Below, piece after piece: positions 11,855-21,981 of a stretch of 64,000 bases of DNA; positions within the stretch are counted from its first letter, which is position 1; the number at the start of each line of letters is the position of its first letter. Source of the stretch: Candidatus Altimarinota bacterium (GTDB taxonomy: Bacteria; Patescibacteriota; Gracilibacteria; CAIRYL01); assembly GCA_965250085.1 (NCBI GenBank), contig OZ252287.1:1024001-1088000 (forward strand), written 5' to 3'. The position numbers and the translations under genes were made by a program. The notes beneath the pieces were generated by a model, which had not been told where the DNA came from, ran no database searches, and saw nothing but the letters and a program-made list of their open reading frames with translations.

Positions 11855-11960
11855 TGCTTTTTGCTTCGACAAAGTGTAATATATAAACACTAAATGTCCT
11901 TCGGGACCACCCCGTCGTAAGGCGGGGGTAAAAATCAGAGACCAGTAGGCCGTACAAGCT
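11854..11960 (+). ncRNA. Candidate antisense small RNA with promoter, convergent on the MazF-like gene
   Basis: TTGCTT(11854)-17bp-TAATAT(11877); hairpins GTCC-TTCG-GGAC (11896-11907) and CCCCGTC-GTAA-GGCGGGG (11910-11927); 3' end unknown. Confidence 0.4.
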
Positions 11961-12333
11961 CACTGGTTTTTTTATAGAGTTTTGCAAAATCTTCTTTTGA
12001 TATTCTTCCAATTTTATGAGAAAGCCTTTTGGCATCTAACAAGCGCATTTGCGAAAGGATCGCAACACTTTCTTGCTCTCTAAGAAAGGAAAACTGAAAA
12101 TAGAACTTTCCTGTTTTTGACGTCCTCGTAAGGGGAATAGCTATAAAAACACTATTGCTAAATTTTTTTAATATTACAATTGGGCGCAAAAACTGGCCTC
12201 CTTTTCCATCTTGTTCAAAACCAATGTTTGTTCCCAATGCAGCATAGAAAATATCTCGTTCTCGGAAGAAACGCTGTTTCTTTTGAAGATGAAGATATTT
12301 CTTCTGTCGATTCCATTGGTCGAAATTTTTCAT
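11935..12333 (-). CDS. PemK/MazF family endoribonuclease toxin, no adjacent antitoxin gene
   Basis: RDIFYAALGTNIGFEQDGKG..RPIVIL..IAIPLT..AILSQMRLLDAKRL..KIG. Confidence 0.9.
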   Translation of the reverse strand: MKNFDQWNRQKKYLHLQKKQRFFRERDIFYAALGTNIGFEQDGKGGQFLRPIVILKKFSNSVFIAIPLTRTSKTGKFYFQFSFLREQESVAILSQMRLLDAKRLSHKIGRISKEDFAKLYKKTSELVRPTGL

Positions 12334-12340
12334 GCAAGCA

Positions 12341-12889
12341 TTATGACACGATATTTGGGGATTTTAAAAATCCTTGGAGCAACAAATCTTTTCCTTCCTC
12401 AGGAGCAATCCCCCGTGATTCCAGGTAGAAAAAAAGTTCCTCATCAAATGGAGCAATGGTCGCCCCATGTCCAGCGGATGATACGTTTTCTGTTTCCACC
12501 CGGAGAATAGGGAGGGCGTGGCCACGAGCTTCTGGGGAAAAGAGTACAATTTTTTCATTAATCTCCATTCCCCCCGCTTCCGAATCTTTGCCCACCACAC
12601 CACTTCCATCAAATCGAAGAAGAGAGGCATCATCCGCAATTCCCTTGAGATCCAGTTCACCAGATTGATTTTTTCCGTTCAAAGTAATGTTTACTTTCCA
12701 GTTTTTTGTATCTCTTCCACTTGTTTTTACAATACCAAAAACTTTTACGGAAGCATTATTTCCCTCAAGAATGATTTGAAGATCAAAGTCCCGTGAACCC
12801 TCACTGAGATCTTCCAGTAGCAGTTGTAGTGCTTGCTCTTCTTTAAGAGTTATAGTTTTTTGACCCTGTGGGTTTTTCATAATGGCCAT
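12341..12889 (-). CDS. sufD: SufD family protein (short)
   Basis: LPILRVETENVSSAGHGATI..LFFYLESRGI C-terminal SufBD motif; located directly after sufB. Confidence 0.85.
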   Translation of the reverse strand: MAIMKNPQGQKTITLKEEQALQLLLEDLSEGSRDFDLQIILEGNNASVKVFGIVKTSGRDTKNWKVNITLNGKNQSGELDLKGIADDASLLRFDGSGVVGKDSEAGGMEINEKIVLFSPEARGHALPILRVETENVSSAGHGATIAPFDEELFFYLESRGIAPEEGKDLLLQGFLKSPNIVS

Positions 12890-12907
12890 ATATTTGAATT
12901 TGATGAA

Positions 12908-14350
12908 TTACCCCACACTTCCCTCCATCTCCAATTCGATGAGCCTATTGAGTTCTACCGCATATTCCAAAGGAAGAGTCTTAGTGATTTCCTCCAAAAA
13001 TCCATTCACGATGATTCCTTTTGCCTCTTCTTCAGAAAGTCCGCGAGTTTGCAGATAAAACAAAACTTCTTCAGAGATCTTCCCAGCACTGGCTTCATGG
13101 ATCACACTCGCAGAGTCAGCTTCATTCTTAATAGTGGGAATGGTATCACTTACCGACTGATCAAACAGAAGGGCATCACACTCTACGTTCACAATAGCGT
13201 TTTTTGCTGTCTTTTTTACGTCCACTAATCCTCGATAGGTAGAAATACCACCTTTCTTAGAAATGCTCTTAGAAGTAATATAGGCTTTCGATTCCTCTCC
13301 AAGGAGAATGACCTTCGCTCCTGTGTCTTGATTTTGTCCGCCACTGGCAACGGCAATACTCAAATGATCCGCGCGTGCGTTTTTTCCCGAAAGCACGGAA
13401 CACGGATACAGCATTGTCACTTGCGAGCCCATGTTGCCCCCCACCCACTCCATTCGAGCATTTTCTGAGACCAGTGCCCGTTTGGTATTGAGATTATAGG
13501 TATCCTTTGACCAATTTTCGACTGATGAATATCGGAATCTTGCATTTTTCCCAACATACACTTCTACACATCCAGCATGAAGCGCATTTGATCCGTATTT
13601 GGGAGCACTACACCCTTCAATATATTCTGCATCGGCCTCATTTTCAATAATGATAAGAGTATGTTCAAACTGGCCCATTCCCTGAGCATTCATTCGAAAG
13701 TATGCTTGCATTGGTTGCGTTACTTTTACACCCCTGGGCACATAAAGGAACGTTCCTCCAGAAAATACTGCTCCATGTAAAGCCGCATACTTATGATCCG
13801 TATATGGCACACATTTCATAAAATATTTTTTAACCAATTCTTCGTGCTCTCTTACAGCTGTGTCAAAGTCTTCAAAAATAACCCCCTGAGATGCCCATTC
13901 TTCTTTCAAGTTGTGATACACATTTTTACTTTCATACTGTGCTCCAACTCCAGCAAGCATTGCCCGCTCTGCCTCTGGAATTTTTAAGCGCTCAAAGGTT
14001 GCCTTAATTTCTGGATCCACATCATCCCATGATTTTGCATATCCTTCAGTTACCAGTGGATTTGCATAGAAGTAAATTTCGTCAAAGTTAAGATCAGAAA
14101 GGTCCACTCCCCAAGTAGGATTTGGGGTTTTTAAAAAATATTGTAGTGCTTTGAGGCGGTGGTCCAGTAGCCACTCAGGCTCATTTTTTTCAGCAGAAAT
14201 TTTTCGTACTACATGTTCAGAAATACCCCGGTCTTCTTTTTCTATATATTCGGAAGAATTATGTGCGTCTAAATCAACTCGTCCCATGGTTGAAAAATCT
14301 ACTTCGGGAGTTCCGATTTCAGCCGTAATGGGAGAATGAGGAGAATTCAT
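12908..14350 (-). CDS. sufB: Fe-S cluster assembly protein SufB
   Basis: GQFEHTLII, YIEGCSAP, LHAGCVE, HEASAGKI, FYLQTRG, LEMEGSVG. Confidence 0.97.
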   Translation of the reverse strand: MNSPHSPITAEIGTPEVDFSTMGRVDLDAHNSSEYIEKEDRGISEHVVRKISAEKNEPEWLLDHRLKALQYFLKTPNPTWGVDLSDLNFDEIYFYANPLVTEGYAKSWDDVDPEIKATFERLKIPEAERAMLAGVGAQYESKNVYHNLKEEWASQGVIFEDFDTAVREHEELVKKYFMKCVPYTDHKYAALHGAVFSGGTFLYVPRGVKVTQPMQAYFRMNAQGMGQFEHTLIIIENEADAEYIEGCSAPKYGSNALHAGCVEVYVGKNARFRYSSVENWSKDTYNLNTKRALVSENARMEWVGGNMGSQVTMLYPCSVLSGKNARADHLSIAVASGGQNQDTGAKVILLGEESKAYITSKSISKKGGISTYRGLVDVKKTAKNAIVNVECDALLFDQSVSDTIPTIKNEADSASVIHEASAGKISEEVLFYLQTRGLSEEEAKGIIVNGFLEEITKTLPLEYAVELNRLIELEMEGSVG

Positions 14351-14359
14351 AAAAAAATG

Positions 14360-15133
14360 CTATTCATGAAAACCATGAGAAATACAATTTTTACAGGCTT
14401 CAAATGCAGAAAATCCTTGAGAGTGAACCTTTTCGGCTACTTCTTTTCCTCCAGAGTGAACAATACGACCATCGCAAAAAATATGAATTTTAGTAGGAGA
14501 GAGGAGATGCAAAATCTTTTCTTGGTGCGTCACTAAGACAACACTTGTGTTTCCTGGTGCTAAAAATTCATTTATCCCATCTACAACTGCCTTGAGGGCG
14601 TCTACATCTATTCCAGAATCAATTTCATCGAGAAATGCAAGCCTCGCTCCCAAAGTGAGAAGTGACACGATCTCCATTTTTCTTCGTTCACCACCGGAAG
14701 CTCCTTCATTAAGATATCTTTTTGCAAATTTTTGGGAGAGATTCATTGCCTTTAAATTTTCTTTCATATTTTTTTTAAACTTCATAATATTCTGAGATTT
14801 TTCGCCTTCAGCAACATACGCTTTTTCAGAAGCTCTAAGAGCGTCTTCTGCAGACACACCCGCAATCGCTGGAGGAGATTGATGCGCAAGAAAAATTCCT
14901 TTCCGAGCTCTTTCCCATGTTTCAAGCTCATCAAGATCTTTACCTTCAAATACCATCTTTCCTTTTGTCTTTTGGTAGAGAGGATGGGCCAGTAGTACTT
15001 TTCCTAAAGTTGATTTTCCGCTTCCATTCGGACCAAGAAGAACATGAAGCTCACCTGGAGAAATCGTAAGATCTACACCTTGCAGAATAGGAGTGTGCTC
15101 AAACTGGGCATAAAGATTTTGAATAACAAGCAT
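14360..15133 (-). CDS. sufC: Fe-S cluster assembly ATPase SufC
   Basis: GPNGSGKST, LNEGASGGERRK, LDEIDSGIDVDA. Confidence 0.96.
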   Translation of the reverse strand: MLVIQNLYAQFEHTPILQGVDLTISPGELHVLLGPNGSGKSTLGKVLLAHPLYQKTKGKMVFEGKDLDELETWERARKGIFLAHQSPPAIAGVSAEDALRASEKAYVAEGEKSQNIMKFKKNMKENLKAMNLSQKFAKRYLNEGASGGERRKMEIVSLLTLGARLAFLDEIDSGIDVDALKAVVDGINEFLAPGNTSVVLVTHQEKILHLLSPTKIHIFCDGRIVHSGGKEVAEKVHSQGFSAFEACKNCISHGFHE

Positions 15134-15266
15134 TTTTGTGTATACCAAAATAGACAGATTGTTCCAGACCCAAATGCTATCATGGGCGAGAGAAATATGT
15201 CTAACAAAAACCATGAAGACGTTTTCTCCTCTTTTCTGTCAGGGGATATCTATAATATGAGATCTT

Positions 15267-15641
15267 CTAATTCTGAGAGGTTTCTTCTTCACTCTTCGCT
15301 ACGGCAGAGGTTCCTTTCAGATAGAGTGGAGATTCAGCATTCACCATTTTTTTCACCTGCCCATTTTCTTCAAGATTGTCGAGTGCTTCGGTTCCAGCAA
15401 TTTGCATTGCCAAAACTTCATTCGAAAGCATCAAATCAGCGCGCTGTTCTTGAAGAGTTTTGAGATGAAATCCTTGTGTAGCCTGAGAATTCGCAAAAAA
15501 GAGAAAAGATAACGAAAGCAACGAAAGAACAAGTCCCATGACAATGAGAACCATTGTTATCCCAATTTCTAGCCGTTTCGAGAGAGGTTTTTTGCGAATA
15601 GGAATAGGGGATGATCTTCTGGGCAGAGTGATTATGCTCAT
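15267..15641 (-). CDS. ftsL: FtsL-like cell division protein
   Basis: Single TM plus coiled coil; overlaps the rsmH stop by 4 nt, the canonical position. Confidence 0.6.
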   Translation of the reverse strand: MSIITLPRRSSPIPIRKKPLSKRLEIGITMVLIVMGLVLSLLSLSFLFFANSQATQGFHLKTLQEQRADLMLSNEVLAMQIAGTEALDNLEENGQVKKMVNAESPLYLKGTSAVAKSEEETSQN

Positions 15642-16591
15642 GGGTTATGTAAAGAAAGAGAAGGGGAAGATGTCCTTTTAGCAACCCTCATTCGAGCAGA
15701 TCGAGCTCGAGGATTTTTTTCAATTTCTTTACGAGACGGGAGTATAGCTCGTTTTGTTATGACTCGCAATGGCAATGGCGATGGCTTTTGAACACTTTGA
15801 GAAGAGGGGTATTTTTGCTTTTTTTGGAGAGCATCGCTGTGGGATCGAAAGAATTCTTTTACGAGCCTGTCCTCCAGAGAGTGAAATGAAATGACAACAA
15901 TCTTACCACTTGGTTTCAAGAGATTTACTGCTTGAGGCAAAGCTTTTTGCAAGTTTTCTAGCTCATGATTTACGGCAATTCGTAATGCCTGAAAGATGAG
16001 TTTTGCGGGATGTTTTTTTCTTCCAGAGGAATGAGAAATGATAAATTCGGAAAGATCCTTCGTGGAAGAAAATGGTTGTGAATTACGGCGCTCCACTATT
16101 TTTCGGGAATAAAAGAAGTGCCTTTTTTCTTCTCCAAAGTTTTTAAAAATTTCAGAAAGCTCGTTTTCAGAAGCAGTATTAATAATATCTGAAGCATTTG
16201 TTTGGAGAGAAAGATCCATTCTCATGTCAAGTGGACCATTGTGTCGAAAAGAAAATCCGCGCGCTGGGTCATCAACATGAAGAGATGAAATTCCAAGATC
16301 AAATAAAATGCCATCAACTGTATCAATATTTTTCTTTTGCAACTCAGTTTGCATGCAAGAAAAGTTTTTTGGAATCACTACGAGGGAAGGATATTTTTTT
16401 TTAAGCCGCTTTTCTGCAATCAGTTGATTGCGCTCATCATGCTCAAAAGCGATCAATTTTCCACCAGGGTTGATACGTTTTAGAATTTCTTCTGCATGAC
16501 CACCTGTACCAAGGGTCATGTCTACAAAAATCTGTCCTGGAGAAGGATCAAATGAGCCTAAAACCTCGTGTAGAAGCACTGGAATGTGCAT
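15638..16591 (-). CDS. rsmH: 16S rRNA m4C1402 methyltransferase
   Basis: HIPVLLHEV, DMTLGTGGHA, DLGISS, RGFSF, FQALRIAVN, ISFHSLEDR, NPRARSA. Confidence 0.97.
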   Translation of the reverse strand: MHIPVLLHEVLGSFDPSPGQIFVDMTLGTGGHAEEILKRINPGGKLIAFEHDERNQLIAEKRLKKKYPSLVVIPKNFSCMQTELQKKNIDTVDGILFDLGISSLHVDDPARGFSFRHNGPLDMRMDLSLQTNASDIINTASENELSEIFKNFGEEKRHFFYSRKIVERRNSQPFSSTKDLSEFIISHSSGRKKHPAKLIFQALRIAVNHELENLQKALPQAVNLLKPSGKIVVISFHSLEDRLVKEFFRSHSDALQKKQKYPSSQSVQKPSPLPLRVITKRAILPSRKEIEKNPRARSARMRVAKRTSSPSLSLHNP

Positions 16592-16647
16592 GTACCGTCA
16601 AGAAATTGAAAAAAATGAGAGGTGCTGTTAAGGATCAGAGGAAAAGG

Positions 16648-16678
16648 TGTGAACAAATTGTGAACAAATTGTGGATAA
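16648..16678 (-). promoter_or_regulatory. Three tandem DnaA-box-like sites
   Basis: TGTGAACAA (16648), TGTGAACAA (16659), TGTGGATAA (16670; perfect TTATCCACA on minus strand); 11-bp period. Confidence 0.6.
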
Positions 16679-16886
16679 AAAATTTGATCTCCGATCACGG
16701 TTTGTATTGTGCCAAAGGGGAATATCGCAAGTCAAATTTTTTTTAATTTTGGGATAGCGTTCCGCATAAGAAGTGTTCATTTTTTGTGAACAGCACATTA
16801 AATAAATGGCTATACAGAAACGCATGCAGCGAGTTTTTTCTTATTTTTGAAAATCACTTTTCAAAAACAAAAATTGTTGTAGTATT

Positions 16887-17465
16887 TTATCGGATGCGAA
16901 CTAAATTTGTGTTCTCTGTTTGCCATATTTCAGACTGGCTTTTTGGGGAAAGGTCTCCAGAATTTACGAAAAATATGTCATTTTCAGAAAAATTTTTCCA
17001 AATCTCTCTTTTTGTAAAAAACGAATCTTCTCCAGAGAAATTTGCACTGGTAGAAATAAGAGGTTTTTTCCAAAAATTCAGGAATTTTTGAACTTCTTTA
17101 TCGATTGGAACTCGAATACCCACAAGATCATGCTCTGGAAAGAAATCTTTTAGAATTTTCTTCTTAGGAAGTAAAACAGTGGTCGGAACATCTGCCTCCT
17201 TCCACCTGCGGACAGCAAATGATTTGAGCGGATCTTCCAAGATTCCATACTTTTCAGCTTCGCATTCATTCGTAACCAGTAAGAGAAAAGGCTTTGAAGC
17301 AGAACGATTTTTTATTTTTTGAATTTTTTGAATCGATTCCTTAGAAAAAGGATCAGCAGAAAATCCATAGCTCGTGTCACTGGGAAAGATACATACTTCT
17401 CCTGCACTGAGTTCTTCACAGATGCGTCCAAAGTTTTTTTCCTGGAAAGATATTTCTTTCATCAT
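16887..17465 (-). CDS. tsaC: Threonylcarbamoyl-AMP synthase (Sua5/YrdC)
   Basis: FPSDTSYG, KIKNRSASKP, VGIRVP, PLISTSANFSG. Confidence 0.9.
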   Translation of the reverse strand: MMKEISFQEKNFGRICEELSAGEVCIFPSDTSYGFSADPFSKESIQKIQKIKNRSASKPFLLLVTNECEAEKYGILEDPLKSFAVRRWKEADVPTTVLLPKKKILKDFFPEHDLVGIRVPIDKEVQKFLNFWKKPLISTSANFSGEDSFFTKREIWKNFSENDIFFVNSGDLSPKSQSEIWQTENTNLVRIR

Positions 17466-17558
17466 GATTTCTGTCTATGTATGGGGAGTATATATCGAGA
17501 TAAAGCATTTGACAAAATATAAAAAATATGAAATATTGACATCCAAATTTATACTCAT

Positions 17559-18575
17559 ATGAAATTTCTCCACCCATTTCCGAGAAAAAGCAGAAAGCTC
17601 GCACTTTCATTTGATTATGTACATGATAGATACATGCTCCTTCCGGGTTATCTGGAAAAATTTGCATTATACCTCAAGATTTTTGCAGTGATTTTGGGGT
17701 GTATTCTTTTCTTTGGATTATGGCGTTTATGGGGAGGGGATTTGATGCGATTTGTAAAACCCCTCTTGCCACAAGGAGCACCAGAGATAACAGTTGTTCC
17801 TCATGTATACACAGCTCACTTACAAGGGCAGCAGGATGCATGGGAGACATGGGAAGCTTCCCTCGAGGAAGTTTCCGTCCACAGTTTAGATGCAGTGCAC
17901 AAGATCCCTCGATATGCAGCAGAAAACGCACATATTTTTACTCCTCAGGTGCACCTTCCTCTCTTGGATATGCACATGTTGCAGTCAGAAGGGTCTACTT
18001 TTGTAGCTGGGTTTGAGCCACGTATAGCCACTATGGCTCGGAATATAATGATTCCTTTTACGTTAGGAAACACAGAGTTTCCTTCGAGATTAGCGGCAGA
18101 ACTCGCGTTACTCAGAACTCTGACAGAATTTAATCGTATTGAGATCCAGCAGTATGTATCTTCGTCGCCATTCAAAAGCGAAAAAATGAATGAGTATCTT
18201 GCGCGAGCAGAGCACTTGAATATTGTCAGTCGCCAAACTCTCGCCAATATCAGTGCACGAAAAAATAAGGAGCAAGAACAGGAAGAAGGGTTTCAAATCG
18301 TAGCGAACCAGAAAGAGGAGAACGTGATAGAAGCTCTACGTGCTTTTGCTGCCCAAAAGACAGAAAAGAACCTCAACGAACTTGTCATGAATAAACAAGA
18401 AGGAGTAGATGCCACAGCTCACAAAGGCCTTTTGAGTACTCTAGAAGAGCAATTTACCTCAGAGCTCAATATACTTGCTCGGTATGTAAATGCTGTGGAA
18501 CAAAACAAAGAAGCTCTTATTGCGGGGGTAACAGTAACGCCAGTACGAGGAGTGGATTTGGGGTTGATTGAATAG
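17559..18575 (+). CDS. Hypothetical membrane-anchored protein
   Basis: 338 aa; one N-terminal TM and a helical C-terminus. Confidence 0.7.
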   Translation: MKFLHPFPRKSRKLALSFDYVHDRYMLLPGYLEKFALYLKIFAVILGCILFFGLWRLWGGDLMRFVKPLLPQGAPEITVVPHVYTAHLQGQQDAWETWEASLEEVSVHSLDAVHKIPRYAAENAHIFTPQVHLPLLDMHMLQSEGSTFVAGFEPRIATMARNIMIPFTLGNTEFPSRLAAELALLRTLTEFNRIEIQQYVSSSPFKSEKMNEYLARAEHLNIVSRQTLANISARKNKEQEQEEGFQIVANQKEENVIEALRAFAAQKTEKNLNELVMNKQEGVDATAHKGLLSTLEEQFTSELNILARYVNAVEQNKEALIAGVTVTPVRGVDLGLIE

Positions 18576-18648
18576 TTTTTTTTATTAAAAATACCCACTC
18601 TTTTTTCGATATTTTCATCCGCAAAATTAAAGACAGTATACATTACTA

Positions 18649-19794
18649 TTAAACAGGGAATTCAATAACTACTATATCAGGATCAGATGACCTTATTCTT
18701 CCTTCAAACTCAGGAGGTGCAATCATGTCCAGATAGGTTTCTCTTTTGTGCAGACCTGTACCGCTACTGGTAATGTGATATGTTTCTCGTTCTCCATCTG
18801 TTACCACAAAGTTTCCGAGATTATAGCGCCTATCCCACTCATTGAGAGGATTCTCTATGCACAAACTTGCAAGAAAATTCTTCAAACGAGGGCTATTGCC
18901 TACTGTTCTATAAAAATCTATGAGTTTTTTACCGCAGCCATGTGTATGACCAGACACAGAAATATTGATATGGATATTACTGTCCATAAAACCTTGTTGT
19001 ATTTGGCGTATTCCAACGGGCTCATGTGTTGAAACAATAGCAATATCATCAGGTGGAACTTTATAATCTACTCCCAGTGCATTTTGTATGATTTCTTTTA
19101 TGTTTCCCATGTCATCTCTCAAATGACTCCCAAGACAAATAAGGTGCATATTTTTTTGACCAATCGGAACAGACATATATTCATTCTGAAGAAACAAAAA
19201 TCCTAGTTCTGACATTCTTTCTCTCAGACCTGGAAGCAATTCTGGTGAAAACCCTTCGTAGTCGTGATTCCCAGGAGTTGCAATAATTGTTCCATCGTGT
19301 TCTGCGAGTGGTTCCAAAATTTTACTAAGGGATAAAAATGAATCTTGAGAGAATTTGTCAGTGATATCTCCGCATAAAATTATTACATCAGCTCTTATTT
19401 TTTTTACAAATTCAATTACTCTTTGTGACATCTCTACATTATACTCTGCAAGATGTAGGTCTGAAATGACCACAAGACGTCGAATGTCTTCTCTTTTTTG
19501 GGGCTGTACGAATGTCTCAGCATCGGGAGAGCAAGCACCTTCATATATAATCCTATTCAAGGAGTATTTGTACCTTTGAATTTTTAAATTCAATGCATCT
19601 CCAGAATTAAATCTTTCATTAATATTATGAATAAATAAATCCCTATAATATTCTGTTTCTCGAAAAAACTGTGCCCCTCCCAATCCGAAGCAACCAGCGC
19701 CAAGTGTTCCCAAAGCTGCCTTTAAGAAACTCCTTCTGGAAGGATTTTTTTCGTTGAGTGATAGGTCTATATTTTCAGGAGAGGATGAAGGCAT
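18649..19794 (-). CDS. Calcineurin-like metallophosphoesterase with twin-arginine signal
   Basis: SRRSFLK; SDLH, CGD, PGNHD, THEP, SGHTHG. Confidence 0.9.
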   Translation of the reverse strand: MPSSSPENIDLSLNEKNPSRRSFLKAALGTLGAGCFGLGGAQFFRETEYYRDLFIHNINERFNSGDALNLKIQRYKYSLNRIIYEGACSPDAETFVQPQKREDIRRLVVISDLHLAEYNVEMSQRVIEFVKKIRADVIILCGDITDKFSQDSFLSLSKILEPLAEHDGTIIATPGNHDYEGFSPELLPGLRERMSELGFLFLQNEYMSVPIGQKNMHLICLGSHLRDDMGNIKEIIQNALGVDYKVPPDDIAIVSTHEPVGIRQIQQGFMDSNIHINISVSGHTHGCGKKLIDFYRTVGNSPRLKNFLASLCIENPLNEWDRRYNLGNFVVTDGERETYHITSSGTGLHKRETYLDMIAPPEFEGRIRSSDPDIVVIEFPV

Positions 19795-19826
19795 TTATGT
19801 TATATATATAAATTAAAGTTTGTTAA

Positions 19827-20861
19827 CTACCAAATCAACATAGCATCACCAAAGGAATAAAATCGATATTTTCCTTTTATCGCTTCCTGATATAGCTTTT
19901 GTGCTTTTTGCACTCCACTTGTCCCTTCAGGATCCAAGAATGCAGCTACGAGCATAATGAGTGTGCTTTTGGGAAGATGAAAATTAGTGAGTAAATGATC
20001 AACAAAGTGAAACTTTGCGGGAGGAGAAAGAAAGAGGTTGGTCTTTTTGGTCTGCGCTGTCAGAGATTGATTGCTATCAATTCCTAAACATGATTCCAGT
20101 GTTCTGAGTGAAGTTGATCCCACGGCGGTAATTTTTTTCCCTGCCTTTTTTGCAATATTCAGTCGCTCCGCTACTTGATCATTCAGTTCCAAATATTCTG
20201 AGTGCATATGATGATCTTCTACATTTTCTGTTTTTACGGGGAGAAATGTTCCCGGGCCCACGTGCAGGGTGACAAATTCAATCTGAACTCCTTTCTTTTT
20301 CAGTTTCTTCAATATGTTTTGAGTAAAATGAAAACCTGCAGTGGGAGCAGCAACAGATCCTTTTTTTTTCGCATATACAGTTTGGTATTGCTCAGACGCT
20401 TTCAGCTTTTTCTGAATATAGGGAGGAGTTGGCATTTTACCGTATTTTTTGAGAAAGGTATCAAAATCAAGAGTTGAGAAAGCAATGTGCCGCCTTCCGT
20501 CCTCTTTCACTTTTTTTACAATTGCTGTTGTATGATCATCGAACTTGAGAATTCGATCAGGAGTAAAAAACTTTCCTCCTCGAACCATGCATTCCCATGT
20601 GTTTTCTGATGTGTTCTGAATTTGCTTTATAAGAAGAATCTCTTTTTTCCCGAAGGCAATCCGTGCTGGAATCACACGACTGTCATTCATGACCAATACA
20701 TCATTCGGTCCAAAAACATCTAGAATGTCAGTAAATTTTTTATGTTCAATACTTTGTCTTTTTCGATCATAAAAAAACAATCGAGAACTTGATCTGTCTT
20801 TACACGGTTTTTGAGCAATGTGTTCAGAAGGGAGATCAAAATCAAATTCACTGAGCTTCAT
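19827..20861 (-). CDS. queA: S-adenosylmethionine:tRNA ribosyltransferase-isomerase
   Basis: IAQKP, NDSRVIPAR, PPYI, YQTVYA, AAPTAGFHF, TNFHLPKSTL, YRFYSFGDAM. Confidence 0.97.
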   Translation of the reverse strand: MKLSEFDFDLPSEHIAQKPCKDRSSSRLFFYDRKRQSIEHKKFTDILDVFGPNDVLVMNDSRVIPARIAFGKKEILLIKQIQNTSENTWECMVRGGKFFTPDRILKFDDHTTAIVKKVKEDGRRHIAFSTLDFDTFLKKYGKMPTPPYIQKKLKASEQYQTVYAKKKGSVAAPTAGFHFTQNILKKLKKKGVQIEFVTLHVGPGTFLPVKTENVEDHHMHSEYLELNDQVAERLNIAKKAGKKITAVGSTSLRTLESCLGIDSNQSLTAQTKKTNLFLSPPAKFHFVDHLLTNFHLPKSTLIMLVAAFLDPEGTSGVQKAQKLYQEAIKGKYRFYSFGDAMLIW

Positions 20862-20871
20862 GTGTACTTGG

Positions 20872-21954
20872 TTATTCTACAGAGACTTTATCAAAGTCAT
20901 CGAGAACAGCAATCCATGTTTTGCCTTTTATAAAAGGCAAAACACCTCCCTCGGCATCAAAAAAGGTGAGATCATCAGATCGGGAGCTTTTTTGCCATGT
21001 TCCTGAAATCATCTGTCCATTTTGGAATGTCATAATTTTTCCACTCCCAGTATTTTTCATTCCCATGCGTCCTTTCGGATCATCTTCTATCTTCCACATG
21101 TCTGCTTCTAACACGATCAAGTTATGCACTTCAATCTCAAGTGGAGATCTGCTTTGGTTTCTTTCAAAGACCCCCTTGTCTTCATTCCATTGCCAAACAG
21201 CCCGATATGCAGGATACGAAAAATCAGTCATCACTTGAGAGATGGGAAGTCTACTCGGCGGAGCACTAAAAACAAATACATCGGAAGAAAGAGGTGCAAG
21301 ACCGTCAGTTTTTTCCTGAGAGAGTAGATGAGAAAAGACATTTTCAGTGCTGGTGAAGAGATTATGCGGTTTATTCAGATCAGTATTTCTCCAGAAAGTT
21401 TCGTCTCCAATGCGTTCATTATCGAGATCAAATATTTCGTTTTGACCAAAAAGTTCTGCCAGAACTTGGTCACTTCCCCCAGCGTGCGCCAGGATTCCAT
21501 GGAGTGGTCTTATAAAATCAAAAAAATATGGTCTTGTACTGCGCACTGGTCCGATAATAGAAATGTCTTGATATGACGAAAAGAGTGCTAAAAATCGAGT
21601 AACTCCACCTTCTGCGAGAGCTTCTATTACAACAGGAGCTTTGTCGAATCCAGTCTGTCCAGCGCGAGCAGGTGTAGCATTATCAATCATAACTCCAATG
21701 ACAAATTCATTGGTGTGTGAAGGGGCTGTGATGCTTGTTCCCGTCAGATGAGAAATAGCTTGTTCAGGAGGAGATACGGAGAAATCTGCCCGAAAGATAT
21801 TTTTGTCATCTTTGAAAGGAGTATCGGCAAGAGAGAGAAGAGATTTCCTCTGGGTCAATACTTCTTGTTCATAAGATCCCTGTTGATATTTCAGGAATAC
21901 AAATCCACCAATCGAGAGCAGGAGAAAACTGAGTATCAGCCAGATAAAACGCAT
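20872..21954 (-). CDS. DUF3048-like exported protein
   Basis: VMIDN..ARAGQTG..EALAEGGVTRFLA..IGPVRSTRPY..HAGGS..PHNLF. Confidence 0.85.
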   Translation of the reverse strand: MRFIWLILSFLLLSIGGFVFLKYQQGSYEQEVLTQRKSLLSLADTPFKDDKNIFRADFSVSPPEQAISHLTGTSITAPSHTNEFVIGVMIDNATPARAGQTGFDKAPVVIEALAEGGVTRFLALFSSYQDISIIGPVRSTRPYFFDFIRPLHGILAHAGGSDQVLAELFGQNEIFDLDNERIGDETFWRNTDLNKPHNLFTSTENVFSHLLSQEKTDGLAPLSSDVFVFSAPPSRLPISQVMTDFSYPAYRAVWQWNEDKGVFERNQSRSPLEIEVHNLIVLEADMWKIEDDPKGRMGMKNTGSGKIMTFQNGQMISGTWQKSSRSDDLTFFDAEGGVLPFIKGKTWIAVLDDFDKVSVE

Positions 21955-21981
21955 ACTGTACTTCTAAAGAAAATACAAAAA

